Shown here one piece after another: positions 10,894 to 20,042 of a stretch of 64,000 nt of DNA (position 1 is the stretch's first letter; every line of letters begins with the position of its first letter). The notes under the pieces were generated by a model. The model was not told the origin of the DNA, searched no databases, and worked only from the letters and a program-made list of their open reading frames with translations. A program made the position numbers and the translations under genes. The DNA is from Candidatus Magasanikbacteria bacterium CG11_big_fil_rev_8_21_14_0_20_39_34 (GTDB taxonomy: Bacteria > Patescibacteriota > Patescibacteriia > Magasanikbacterales > UBA922): contig PCWN01000001.1 of NCBI GenBank assembly GCA_002787355.1, forward strand, positions 13,838 through 77,837, given 5' to 3'.

Positions 10894-11643
10894 TTGGAGG
10901 GTGCTTTGAGCAACGTCTTTATGCAATTTGAAAAAAAAGAACTTCAAGAAACGAAGCGTATTTGTATGCGCCTCAAAGAAGCTCGTGAAAAAAGAAATAA
11001 GAGCCTGGATTTTGTTGCGAAAAAAATGAAAATAAGTAAAAAGTGGATACAAGCACTTGAGGAGTGTCGTTTTGACGATATTCCCTTTGCACCAATTTAT
11101 AAAAAAAATCTTGTTCGTGGCTATGCAAAAGCACTCTCTATAAATCCTGAGCCTTATGTAAAACAATTTGAACACGAAGAAGAGCCCCTTCAAATAACAT
11201 TGAGCACGCCCCCCATTAAAACCTCACGAAAAAATTGGAATAGTAATACACCCGCACTCCTGCGTAGTCTCTCTATTATAGTTATTATCTTGGCCATTGC
11301 GGGGTACCTGGGCTACGAAATTCAAAATATTCTTCGTCCACCAACACTCACTATTTTCACCCCTCAAGAAGGACACATTGCCTATGAGTCTCCCATCCAT
11401 TTAAAAGGCCAAACCGAAAAAGAAGTTCAAATTTCTATTAATGGAAAAGAAACAAAAACAAGTGCGGAAGGTATTTTTGAAGAAGAAATTGATTTGCGAA
11501 TGGGGATCAATACCATTATCATATCCGCAGAAAAAAAACATGGAAAAATAACAACAGAAACTCGACACGTAACCCTACGCACAGCACCACAAGATGACGC
11601 AAATATAGGAATTCAGCCAAGTACCAGCACCCCCAAACAATAG
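10894..11643 (+). CDS. RodZ-like HTH (XRE-type) membrane protein
   Basis: N-terminal HTH followed by conserved RGYAKAL block, single TM (LLRSLSIIVIILAIAGYLGY) and C-terminal extracytoplasmic domain; true start may be the internal MQFEKK Met. Confidence 0.5.
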   Translation: MEGALSNVFMQFEKKELQETKRICMRLKEAREKRNKSLDFVAKKMKISKKWIQALEECRFDDIPFAPIYKKNLVRGYAKALSINPEPYVKQFEHEEEPLQITLSTPPIKTSRKNWNSNTPALLRSLSIIVIILAIAGYLGYEIQNILRPPTLTIFTPQEGHIAYESPIHLKGQTEKEVQISINGKETKTSAEGIFEEEIDLRMGINTIIISAEKKHGKITTETRHVTLRTAPQDDANIGIQPSTSTPKQ

Positions 11644-11657
11644 AGAACAAATGTTCT
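11644..11657. promoter_or_regulatory. candidate LexA (Cheo-type) SOS box upstream of recA
   Basis: AGAACAAATGTTCT = GAAC-N4-GTTC palindrome about 135 bp upstream of recA start; no lexA gene in window. Confidence 0.3.
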
Positions 11658-11791
11658 ACTTTATCCACAGTAATGCTATTTGACACTAAAGATAAAAACT
11701 CGTACCATACTAAAAAGAGTTCATACTCTTTTTTTATAACTTAAAAAAATACGTCAGTGAAAAATTCGTATTCTCTAAATGAATGTGTACT

Positions 11792-12856
11792 ATGGCAAAA
11801 GCAACAAAAGCAGAAACAGCAGGAAGACTCCAGGCAGCACAAACGGCAATTGATCAAATAAAACAACGTTTTGGTGATGGAGCCATTATGAAGTTTGGTG
11901 AGGCAAAAGCTATGCAGGTAGACGCGGTACCTACCGGATCTATATCACTGGATATTGCCCTTGGAGTAAAGGGTGTTCCACGCGGAAGAATTATTGAAGT
12001 CTTTGGTCCAGAAGCAAGTGGAAAAACAACACTCGCACAACATATTGTGGCAGAAGTACAAAAACAGGGCGGCATAGCTGCATTTGTAGATGCAGAACAT
12101 GCGCTTGATCCAGATTATGCGAGTAAAATTGGTGTTGACGTAGACAATCTCCTGATTTCACAACCGGACACGGGCGAACAGGCTCTGGAAATAGTAGAAA
12201 CATTGGTACGATCCAATGCCGTGGATGTGGTCGTTGTTGACTCAGTAGCAGCACTCGTTCCAAAAGCAGAAATAGAAGGAAGTATGGGAGACTCTCATAT
12301 GGGACTCCAAGCAAGGCTCATGAGCCAGGCACTGCGAAAACTCACCGGAATTATTAGTAAAACAAAAACCGTCGTCATTTTTATCAATCAAACGCGAATG
12401 AAAATTGGCGTCTTTTTTGGAAACCCCGAAACCACTACCGGTGGAAATGCACTTAAATTTTATTCTTCTGTTCGTATAGAAGTAAGACGATCTGCACAAA
12501 TAAAACAAGCAGAAAAAGTTATTGGAAACAGAGTAAAAGTAAAAATTGTAAAAAATAAAGTTGCAGCACCATTTCGTACTACAGAATTTGATATCATGTA
12601 TAACGAAGGTATCTCGGTAAGCGGTGATATGCTTGACACCGGGGTGGCACATAAAGTAATTGCAAAATCGGGTAATTCTTACTCTTTTGGAGAAGAAAAA
12701 CTTGGTGTCGGAAGAGAAAAAGTAAAAGAATATCTTCGTGCAAATCCACAACTCATACAACAAATCCGTGAAAAAATTTGGGAAGTCGTACAGTGTGGTG
12801 AAGCACCAGATCAAGAACAAGGAAAACCAGGAACTATTGAACACGTGGAAGAATAA
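11792..12856 (+). CDS. recA: recombinase RecA
   Basis: [20 protein letters not shown] Walker [17 protein letters not shown]1 region, complete RecA core; start placed at MAKATKA (ORF track extends 3 codons upstream). Confidence 0.95.
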   Translation: MAKATKAETAGRLQAAQTAIDQIKQRFGDGAIMKFGEAKAMQVDAVPTGSISLDIALGVKGVPRGRIIEVFGPEASGKTTLAQHIVAEVQKQGGIAAFVDAEHALDPDYASKIGVDVDNLLISQPDTGEQALEIVETLVRSNAVDVVVVDSVAALVPKAEIEGSMGDSHMGLQARLMSQALRKLTGIISKTKTVVIFINQTRMKIGVFFGNPETTTGGNALKFYSSVRIEVRRSAQIKQAEKVIGNRVKVKIVKNKVAAPFRTTEFDIMYNEGISVSGDMLDTGVAHKVIAKSGNSYSFGEEKLGVGREKVKEYLRANPQLIQQIREKIWEVVQCGEAPDQEQGKPGTIEHVEE

Positions 12857-12919
12857 AAGTAGAAAGATAAAAATAAAAATGGTATACTATGTATGCCATT
12901 TTTATTTTAAACAACCCAC

Positions 12920-13351
12920 ATGAAAACAAAAGAGAGACAAGATTCCCACCCCATAATTTTACACAAAAAAAATCTCACACTCTCAGAACGCATGGCAGAT
13001 AAACTTACAGAGTTTATGGGGAGTTGGTTTTTTATAGGATTCTTTCTTTTTGTCCTTCTTTCCTGGATGTTTCTTAATGCCATGATCTATATCAATCACT
13101 GGGATCCATATCCATTTATTCTTCTTAACCTGGTCCTTTCCTGTCTTGCCGCCATTCAGGCTCCTATTATTCTTATGAGCCAAAATAGACAAGCGCAAAG
13201 AGATAGACTCACGGCCAATTATGATTACGCCGTCAATAGAAAGGCAGAACGAGAAATTCAAAATATTCAAAAGGATTTGGAAGAGATTAAAACAATGATT
13301 TCAAAAGTTTGTAAAAAATCACAAAAGACACGCCCCACAAAAAAATCCTAA
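12920..13351 (+). CDS. DUF1003-like small membrane protein
   Basis: two TM helices then LVLSCLAAIQAPIILMSQNRQAQRDRL motif characteristic of DUF1003; coiled C-terminus. Confidence 0.45.
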   Translation: MKTKERQDSHPIILHKKNLTLSERMADKLTEFMGSWFFIGFFLFVLLSWMFLNAMIYINHWDPYPFILLNLVLSCLAAIQAPIILMSQNRQAQRDRLTANYDYAVNRKAEREIQNIQKDLEEIKTMISKVCKKSQKTRPTKKS

Positions 13352-13465
13352 ATAGCAATCTTCTTGTGAAAAAGGGAATCCTCCATAGGATTTCTTTTTT
13401 TCTTTACAAAAAATTCTATATGTGATAGATTTTCTTCAATTTGGGCTGTCGAGGGGGGGCTTCCG

Positions 13466-13720
13466 ATGCTCGAGAAGAAAATTGGTGACCTCTGCGTTGG
13501 AGATGTGATCATTTGGGATGGTACCAAGCGCGTCTTGGTCCATGTAGACCGTTCAAACGGCCACCCCATTCACTTCTTCCAAATGCTGGATCCTACGAAC
13601 CCGGAGCGGGTTCTACCCGGCTTTCGCACAGATCTGGGAGCCTACCTCAATTTGAGGGTTGAGCTCTATGGTCGATGTATCGTATGCTCGACAGTACGGT
13701 TCGTCAACAGAACTCCCTAA
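13466..13720 (+). CDS. hypothetical 84-aa protein encoded in a short high-G+C islet
   Basis: non-repetitive ORF whose G+C is visibly far above flanks; own terminator downstream; no recognisable domain. Confidence 0.3.
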   Translation: MLEKKIGDLCVGDVIIWDGTKRVLVHVDRSNGHPIHFFQMLDPTNPERVLPGFRTDLGAYLNLRVELYGRCIVCSTVRFVNRTP

Positions 13721-13747
13721 ACCACCACAGCCCAATCGCAAAAAAAC

Positions 13748-13779
13748 TAAAAACAAGGCATCTCTGCCTTGTTTTTTTG
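13748..13779. terminator. bidirectional rho-independent terminator
   Basis: CAAGGCA-TCTC-TGCCTTG hairpin flanked by A-run and T-run; sits between the 84-aa ORF (+) and SBP gene (-) 3' ends. Confidence 0.5.
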
Positions 13780-13798
13780 ATTAGGAAAAAACTTTTCT

Positions 13799-14929
13799 TT
13801 ATTCCAAATTTAAAACTTTTCCATTTTGAACTCTTTTTAAGACATAGTTCCTTACTCCATCCCCCTTTTCATTTATCGAGAACTTTCCCGAAGCACCATA
13901 GTAATCTTGAACTTTGTACAGTGCATCTTTTACTTTATCAACATTATCCCCATATTTTGAAATAGCTTGTGCAAGAATATTAGTAGCGTCGTACACTTCT
14001 GCAGTATAGAGTCCAAAAGGTAATCCTTCTACATTATATTTCTGTTTGTACTTTTCAATAAATGTTTTTTCTTTTTCACCCAGTGGATTATAGTCTGGTG
14101 TGGAATAAATAATACCATCCATATACACTCCCATATTTTTTACAAGATCTTCACTTCCAAATATCTCATTCCCAAATATATGTTCTTTTCCACCAAGCTC
14201 ATGTATTTGTTGAAGCAACAAACCAGCATTTTCATTATCCTGTGGGGAGAAAAAAAGAGCATCGGGTTTTTTTGCAAGAACCTTTGTCAGTGACGAACGA
14301 AAATCCTTTTCTCCTTGAGAATATCCTTCGTAGAGGAGAACACTCCCTCCATTTTGCTCAAATTGTTCTTTTAATACACGGGCAATGGGTTCTGCATATC
14401 CTGTTTCTTCGTATATTATTCCTAAACTTTTTATACCAAGCTTCTGCAACATGAGATCCGCTATCAACTTTGACTGCTCTGTATTGACCTGAGAAGTTCG
14501 AAATACGTAGTCTCCAGCATCTGAAAGATCCGGACTCGTTGTCATTTGAGCGAACATCAATACTTTATTTTCCTGTGCGATGGGAGCAATCGCCAATGAC
14601 TCAGGACTACAATGTCCACCCAAAACAAAATGAACACCATCTACATGTATTAACTTATTCATTGCATTTACTGCGTCTTTAGAACGACATTTTCCATCTT
14701 CCATGATAAGCTCAAATTTTCTTCCATTTATACCTCCGGCTTCATTTATTTCATCTACTGCAATCTGTACGGCTTTATCTGCTCCCCACTTAGATACTGA
14801 ACCTGAAAGATCAGAAATCCAACCTACACGCATAGGTTCCTTTTCTTTTGCTAACTCATTTTTTCCATTTTGGGAACAGCCCGTTATCAAAAAAAGAAAT
14901 AAGAAAAAAATTATACTCGTTTTTTGCAT
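13799..14929 (-). CDS. LivJ/Peripla_BP_6-family substrate-binding lipoprotein (orphan, cassette A)
   Basis: signal peptide + lipobox LITGCSQ; strong similarity pattern to Leu/Ile/Val-binding proteins (GGINGRKFELIMEDGKCRSKDAVNAMNKLI, HCSPESLAIAPIA); no ABC permease/ATPase nearby. Confidence 0.85.
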   Translation of the reverse strand: MQKTSIIFFLFLFLITGCSQNGKNELAKEKEPMRVGWISDLSGSVSKWGADKAVQIAVDEINEAGGINGRKFELIMEDGKCRSKDAVNAMNKLIHVDGVHFVLGGHCSPESLAIAPIAQENKVLMFAQMTTSPDLSDAGDYVFRTSQVNTEQSKLIADLMLQKLGIKSLGIIYEETGYAEPIARVLKEQFEQNGGSVLLYEGYSQGEKDFRSSLTKVLAKKPDALFFSPQDNENAGLLLQQIHELGGKEHIFGNEIFGSEDLVKNMGVYMDGIIYSTPDYNPLGEKEKTFIEKYKQKYNVEGLPFGLYTAEVYDATNILAQAISKYGDNVDKVKDALYKVQDYYGASGKFSINEKGDGVRNYVLKRVQNGKVLNLE

Positions 14930-15250
14930 AAAATTTTTTTAAAAATAAACAGAGCCCGAGAAGGGCTCCGTGCAAGTCACTATCTAAGAGTTCCAAGGTA
15001 GTAGATCTCTTAGAAGTGTCTTGCAAGCAACACTCCTCTTTTCTACCTTGTAACTTCTTTTAGATTAACACAAAATTATAAAAGAAAAAAGTCTATTTGT
15101 CAATATAATTTAGCTAAATTTAGATATATTTTTGTTTTATATTAGTTATTGTCATCAAATATTGACAACATAAATTATATTTTGTATTCTAGATTTAGCA
15201 ATCTTTAATTTTTTTGTCATGAAGGTTTGTACAAAAATATTTATCCACAT

Positions 15251-16009
15251 ATGAATATACTCAGCGCTCTTAAAAGCTTCGATCTTTCTGAAAATGAAGC
15301 CAAAGTATATACAACAGTACTCTCTCTTGGCCTTACTAACGTTGGACCTATTGTAGAAAAAAGTAAACTCCATAGACAAAGCGTTTATGTTGCTCTTGAA
15401 AAACTCAAAGATATTGGTCTTATGAGTGAAGTTACCAAAAATAATAGAAAACACTTTGAAGCATCTTCCCCACAAAAAATTGTTCGACAAATGGAAGAAA
15501 AATGCAGAAAAGCAAAAGAAATTCTTCCCACCTTGCTAAAATTAGAAGCAGAAGCAAAAGAAAAATTTGAGACACGAGTACTTTATGGAAAAAATGAATT
15601 TTTTGAAAACTTAAAAGAAATCTCAGAGTCTGCTGCACGAACGGATAAAGTAATGCGTATTCTAGGTGGAGCCAGGGATACCGATTTTTATAAATTTTTA
15701 GGAAAGAATTATAAAAGCTACATAGCTCTTCTAAAAAAATTAGGTGTTGTGAAATATGCTATTGGTCCCTCTGACTATACGGATGAATTTAAGATTAAAT
15801 TTATACACGAAGAAGGAAACAAACTTAAAACCATGGATGTTGGTCTGACAACACCTACCTATACGAGAATTACCCCTGAGATGGTAAGTGTCGAAATTTA
15901 TGGACCGGATGTCACAATAATACAAATGAAAAATAAGGTTATTGCAAAAAGTTACTGTGAGCATTTTAACCTTTTATGGGAGCAGGCTGTTCCTTTTTCC
16001 TGCACATAA
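15251..16009 (+). CDS. TrmB-family HTH transcriptional regulator (cassette A)
   Basis: N-terminal LKSFDLSENEAKVYTTVLSLG...KSKLHRQSVYVALEKLKDIGL = TrmB-type winged HTH; divergent from SBP gene; ORF track begins at a TTG at 15227, ATG at 15251 preferred. Confidence 0.7.
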   Translation: MNILSALKSFDLSENEAKVYTTVLSLGLTNVGPIVEKSKLHRQSVYVALEKLKDIGLMSEVTKNNRKHFEASSPQKIVRQMEEKCRKAKEILPTLLKLEAEAKEKFETRVLYGKNEFFENLKEISESAARTDKVMRILGGARDTDFYKFLGKNYKSYIALLKKLGVVKYAIGPSDYTDEFKIKFIHEEGNKLKTMDVGLTTPTYTRITPEMVSVEIYGPDVTIIQMKNKVIAKSYCEHFNLLWEQAVPFSCT

Positions 16010-16037
16010 AATTTAAAAAAGGCTTCTTATAAGAAGC
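16005..16037. terminator. bidirectional rho-independent terminator
   Basis: perfect palindrome AAGGCTTCTTA/TAAGAAGCCTT followed by T-run, between convergent regulator (+) and SpoIID-like (-) genes. Confidence 0.55.
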
Positions 16038-16060
16038 CTTTTTTCTAGGAGTTTAAAAAA

Positions 16061-17947
16061 TTATTTATAAATTTTTTCCACATCAGTACCAGTATAATAA
16101 TACTTCAGAAGGGTTATCCAATCCTCATGTTTTTCCTCTGCTCGGTATGCGGCATCTCTTTGGCTCATACCAACCCCATGACCAAACATCCCTTTTCTAT
16201 CTCTTTTATCATACACAGCAGGGACTGAAACCAACCAAGGTTTTTCCATCCCCCCCCACACCTCACGCCAGCTTCTGGTTCTTCCATCACTATTTCCATA
16301 ATATGGTGTAATCACGACATTGCCTTCATAGGTTACCAATTGTCCTCTCGTTTCTCGAGCGGCTAAGACATTATTGTTAGCCAGTAACTCACTGTTGTAG
16401 CCCAAATACAACTGATCTCCTGTGTGTGCTACGACATCAAAGTTTCTTCCACTATGTTTGTCTGTACTACTCATTGTATAGTATGCATAGGTTCTCGCTG
16501 CCGTAAGTAGTGCCTTTTGATATTCTATTGGTGAGTCATTTGATGCCTCAGCGATACCAGCGACATAATCCTCAAAAAGAAGTTCATTTATTACATAAAG
16601 TCCAGAGCGATCTTCTGTGTAACGATATTCTATGGACCCTCTATACTTGTTAAAATTCAATGCACCTCTCCATGCTACGGTACGCTCCCAATTTAATACT
16701 TCAAATACTGCATGTGGTTTAGTAAGTGGTTCCAGCTTTACATATTTAAGCGTCATGAACTGGAGATTGCCATCATTGTATTGAATAATGCCATTGTCTG
16801 CTTTCATCAATGCCAACTTCTCTCGTGGAAGTATTCCAACCAAAGTATCCCCATTATATACTTTGTAGTCATCCTCTTGACTGCGCACCTTTACCTCGCG
16901 AGTTTCTTCATCCTGTTTCCAAAGCCCAACACGAATATTGGGTTCTTCAAGAAGGACTCTTTGAGGAGCCTGTTCTTCCACTTTTTCGTATGGCTCATGA
17001 TAGGTTGAAGGAGCATCCTCAGTAACATGAATGTTTACAAAAATATCTGGAGCGACAATCTGTTTTTCTCCTTCAAAAAGTTGCACCCTCATCTGATAGT
17101 CTCCCATCTTTTTGGGGGCACGAAAATAAATAGTTTTGTTTTGCACTACCCCCACCTTAACTGGATCTTTTGCTTTCTCAACAGTATTTCTATCTTCCCA
17201 AGAAAAATCAGCAAAAGTAAGTTCATCACTCAAACCAAGCGGTGGTTTTGGTGTAGATGCCTTGAGCAAAAAGTTTTTCCATGATTCCTTTCCTTCATTC
17301 CTCAACAAGAGAACAACGCTCATTTGCTGCCCACCCTTTGCAGTATAATTTTTATAACTTTGAAAAAGTAATCCAGCAGAAGCCCCTTCAAGTTTTGTGG
17401 TACTCTCCGTTGATTTGGATGGAGCAGTTGAATTTTGAGGTGTACTTTCTACCTGAGATTTCTTCTCTACTACTTGAATTTTCAAAAAAAAGTAGCCTTT
17501 CCGTACCCAACTGTGTTCTTCACTTGCCAGATAAAAGTGTTCTACATAATCACCTGCGGTCTGGGGAGCCTGAAGTTGAATTTCCAATGTCCCTACTTTT
17601 CCGGGTGCAATGGTCCCCGGTATTTTGGCAGTTTGATTTTTACTTCTCCACTGTGATGACGCAAAAATAGAATCTCTATATTTTTCTTCTACCGTGTATG
17701 CCGAGATGTATTGAGTACTGTCTGAACGCCAAATAGCATTCCCTACATTTTTGAAATGAATAGTTATTGTTTTTTGACTTCCCGCCTCCATGATTATTGG
17801 ATCTTCCTCGGATTGATCAATAAATTGTGCCGCATATGCGGGATCATTAATTGGAAGATCGGGTTCTTTTGCAAAAAGAATTTTTGGAAATAGCAAAATA
17901 CCACTTATGAAAAAAGTATAAACAACAAGCTTAGAGAAAAAACGCAT
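16061..17947 (-). CDS. SpoIID/LytB-domain protein with N-terminal Ig-like repeats (secreted)
   Basis: signal peptide; C-terminal SpoIID hallmarks (AARTYAYY, DQLYLGYNSE, YEGNVVITPYYGNSDGRT, GHGVGMSQRDAAYRA). Confidence 0.75.
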   Translation of the reverse strand: MRFFSKLVVYTFFISGILLFPKILFAKEPDLPINDPAYAAQFIDQSEEDPIIMEAGSQKTITIHFKNVGNAIWRSDSTQYISAYTVEEKYRDSIFASSQWRSKNQTAKIPGTIAPGKVGTLEIQLQAPQTAGDYVEHFYLASEEHSWVRKGYFFLKIQVVEKKSQVESTPQNSTAPSKSTESTTKLEGASAGLLFQSYKNYTAKGGQQMSVVLLLRNEGKESWKNFLLKASTPKPPLGLSDELTFADFSWEDRNTVEKAKDPVKVGVVQNKTIYFRAPKKMGDYQMRVQLFEGEKQIVAPDIFVNIHVTEDAPSTYHEPYEKVEEQAPQRVLLEEPNIRVGLWKQDEETREVKVRSQEDDYKVYNGDTLVGILPREKLALMKADNGIIQYNDGNLQFMTLKYVKLEPLTKPHAVFEVLNWERTVAWRGALNFNKYRGSIEYRYTEDRSGLYVINELLFEDYVAGIAEASNDSPIEYQKALLTAARTYAYYTMSSTDKHSGRNFDVVAHTGDQLYLGYNSELLANNNVLAARETRGQLVTYEGNVVITPYYGNSDGRTRSWREVWGGMEKPWLVSVPAVYDKRDRKGMFGHGVGMSQRDAAYRAEEKHEDWITLLKYYYTGTDVEKIYK

Positions 17948-18090
17948 AGATACAATTTCATTAAAAACAGTACCTCTATTATATACAAAAATGACTGATT
18001 AAACAATCACCAAACATAAGAATGGAAGAATCAATTTTTCTATGATATGCTATGGTTACATTTGTATTTTTGTATATAGATCCCTCTCTT

Positions 18091-19515
18091 ATGTCCACTA
18101 CACGAAAAATTGCCCACAATACTCTTATACAAATTATTGGTAAGGCTATTTCAACGGTTTTGGGACTTATTGTCCTTGCCATGATGACACGCTACCTTGG
18201 TCAGGAAAAGTTTGGTTGGTACATCACCACCATTGCGTTTCTTCAATTTGTAGCCATTCTTATTGACTTTGGATTAGTTCCGGTTACCGCTCAAATGATG
18301 AGCTCAACTGTGTTTGAAAAAAAGAAACTCTTTCAAAATCTTCTTGCTTATCGTTTTTTTTCCGCTCTTTTATTTTTAGGCGTTGCACCACTTGTAGCGC
18401 TTTTCTTTCCATATCCAACTGAGGTAAAAATTGCAATTGCTTTTTCTACCATTTCTTTTCTTTCTGTGGCACTCAATCAGGTTCTTATTGGTTTTTACCA
18501 AACTCAGTTAAAAATGTATATACCAACCGTAGGAGAACTCCTCGGGCGAATATTCCTCCTCATTGGGGTATATTTCTTTATCCAAACAGAGGGTGGATTT
18601 TTACCTATCATGGGTGTAGTAGCTGCCTCAAGTGTTGTCTATACCCTTTTTATTTGGGTCAAAGCACGCACAATGACTTCTGTCGGGTTCTCTTTTGACC
18701 TCCAAATTTGGAAAGCTATCACAGCAAAAATGTGGCCGATTGCTATTTCTATTATTTTTAATGTTGTTTACCTCAAGGGAGACGTACTCATTCTTGCACA
18801 GTTCAGAGAACAAACAGAAGTTGGTCTCTATGGTGCCGCATACCGAGTTCTTGATGTGGTCACCCAAACCGCTATGATGCTTATGGGAGTCATGCTCCCA
18901 TTGTTGGCTTATGCATACTCCCAAGATAATCGAGAAAATTTTAAAAAACATTTTCAAATGGCATTTGACTCCATGATGCTTTTAGCATTTCCCATGATGA
19001 TCGGAATAATGGTTCTTGCAGATAAAATAATGCTTCTGGTGGCCGGAGAGGCGTTTCTTCAATCTGGAATTATTTTGCGTATTTTGTCGATTGCCGTTTT
19101 TGGTGTCTATCTTGGTGCTGTCTTTGGACATACTGCCGTTTCCATAGAAAAACAAAAACAGACCATTTGGGTCTATATATCAAGTGCTCTTATTACCCTT
19201 TTGGGATACCTGTTCCTTATCCCCCCCTTTGGGATGTATGCAGCGGCATGGATGACGGTCTTTTCTGAAATATATGTTGGTTTTTTTCTATATCTTACCG
19301 TAAGACATTATTCCAAAGTACACCTAGAAGGAATTACCTTTGCCAAAATTGTTTTCTCCTCTCTTGTCATGGGCGCAACACTCTTTCTTTTCCAACACCT
19401 CAACATTTTTTTTCTCATTCCTCTTGGAGTTATAATATACGGTTTTTTTGCCCTGAGTCTTGGTGTCGTCTCAAAGGATACCCTCAAAGAGGTATTTAGG
19501 ATCAATGTTCTTTAG
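18091..19515 (+). CDS. polysaccharide/oligosaccharide flippase (Wzx/MurJ-like MOP superfamily)
   Basis: about 14 predicted TM helices; N-terminal RKIAHNTLIQIIGKAISTVLGLIVLAMMTRYLG typical of PST/MurJ family; start set at MSTTRK. Confidence 0.75.
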   Translation: MSTTRKIAHNTLIQIIGKAISTVLGLIVLAMMTRYLGQEKFGWYITTIAFLQFVAILIDFGLVPVTAQMMSSTVFEKKKLFQNLLAYRFFSALLFLGVAPLVALFFPYPTEVKIAIAFSTISFLSVALNQVLIGFYQTQLKMYIPTVGELLGRIFLLIGVYFFIQTEGGFLPIMGVVAASSVVYTLFIWVKARTMTSVGFSFDLQIWKAITAKMWPIAISIIFNVVYLKGDVLILAQFREQTEVGLYGAAYRVLDVVTQTAMMLMGVMLPLLAYAYSQDNRENFKKHFQMAFDSMMLLAFPMMIGIMVLADKIMLLVAGEAFLQSGIILRILSIAVFGVYLGAVFGHTAVSIEKQKQTIWVYISSALITLLGYLFLIPPFGMYAAAWMTVFSEIYVGFFLYLTVRHYSKVHLEGITFAKIVFSSLVMGATLFLFQHLNIFFLIPLGVIIYGFFALSLGVVSKDTLKEVFRINVL

Positions 19516-19941
19516 TCATTCCATTTCCACACGAAGAATTGTGGGGCGCTGATGAAGCGTACGGCAAGCAAGAAGACGAGAATTCCCTGCAATAAGGTAA
19601 GGTGGCATTCCTTTCCGAAATAAGACCATTGGAGCGGGGATGTCGTGTCCTTCGGCAAAGCCCCTTTCTATTCTTGAAAAATCACGAGTTCCTGCAAGAT
19701 GTTCGCGTGCTTCCTCTAACTTCCAACTTGTGTCCCGAGAACAACAGTTATCCATGTTCTCCCAATCAGCGTCAGAAAGTAGTTCCAATCTTCCATTTTT
19801 ACAGGCCAAGAACAGAGCTTCTTCCTCTATTCCTAACTCTTCCGAGGTTCTGATGATTTCTCCTTTCTCCGCCTCTATCCGAGGTACTATCCAACGCACT
19901 TCCCCCTTTGGGGCAATGTCTTTTGATTTGCGAGTTTCCAT
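19516..19941 (-). CDS. hypothetical protein (moderately elevated G+C)
   Basis: 142-aa non-repetitive ORF, no recognisable motif; embedded between flippase and O-antigen-ligase-like genes on opposite strand. Confidence 0.4.
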   Translation of the reverse strand: METRKSKDIAPKGEVRWIVPRIEAEKGEIIRTSEELGIEEEALFLACKNGRLELLSDADWENMDNCCSRDTSWKLEEAREHLAGTRDFSRIERGFAEGHDIPAPMVLFRKGMPPYLIAGNSRLLACRTLHQRPTILRVEME

Positions 19942-20042
19942 AAAAAAATTTAATTTCATATTCTTCTATTATAAGGAAATCAAAAAACTTTGCAAAGAAA
20001 AAGCAAATAGTATAGGATAATGAGAGAATCCTCAACTACGCT

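Noticed and set aside
10577-10909. ORFs encoding poly-Lys/Arg (+, 10577-10909) and poly-Ser (-, 10614-10829)
   Set aside because: Alternative-frame readings of the GAA/GAG repeat at the FtsK 3' end. They are low-complexity artefacts and not independent genes.
14942-14978. Hairpin GAGCCC-GAGAA-GGGCTC just upstream of SBP A start
   Set aside because: Lies upstream of, not downstream of, the minus-strand gene, and no plus-strand gene ends there. It could be an attenuator or leader structure but evidence is insufficient to call a feature.
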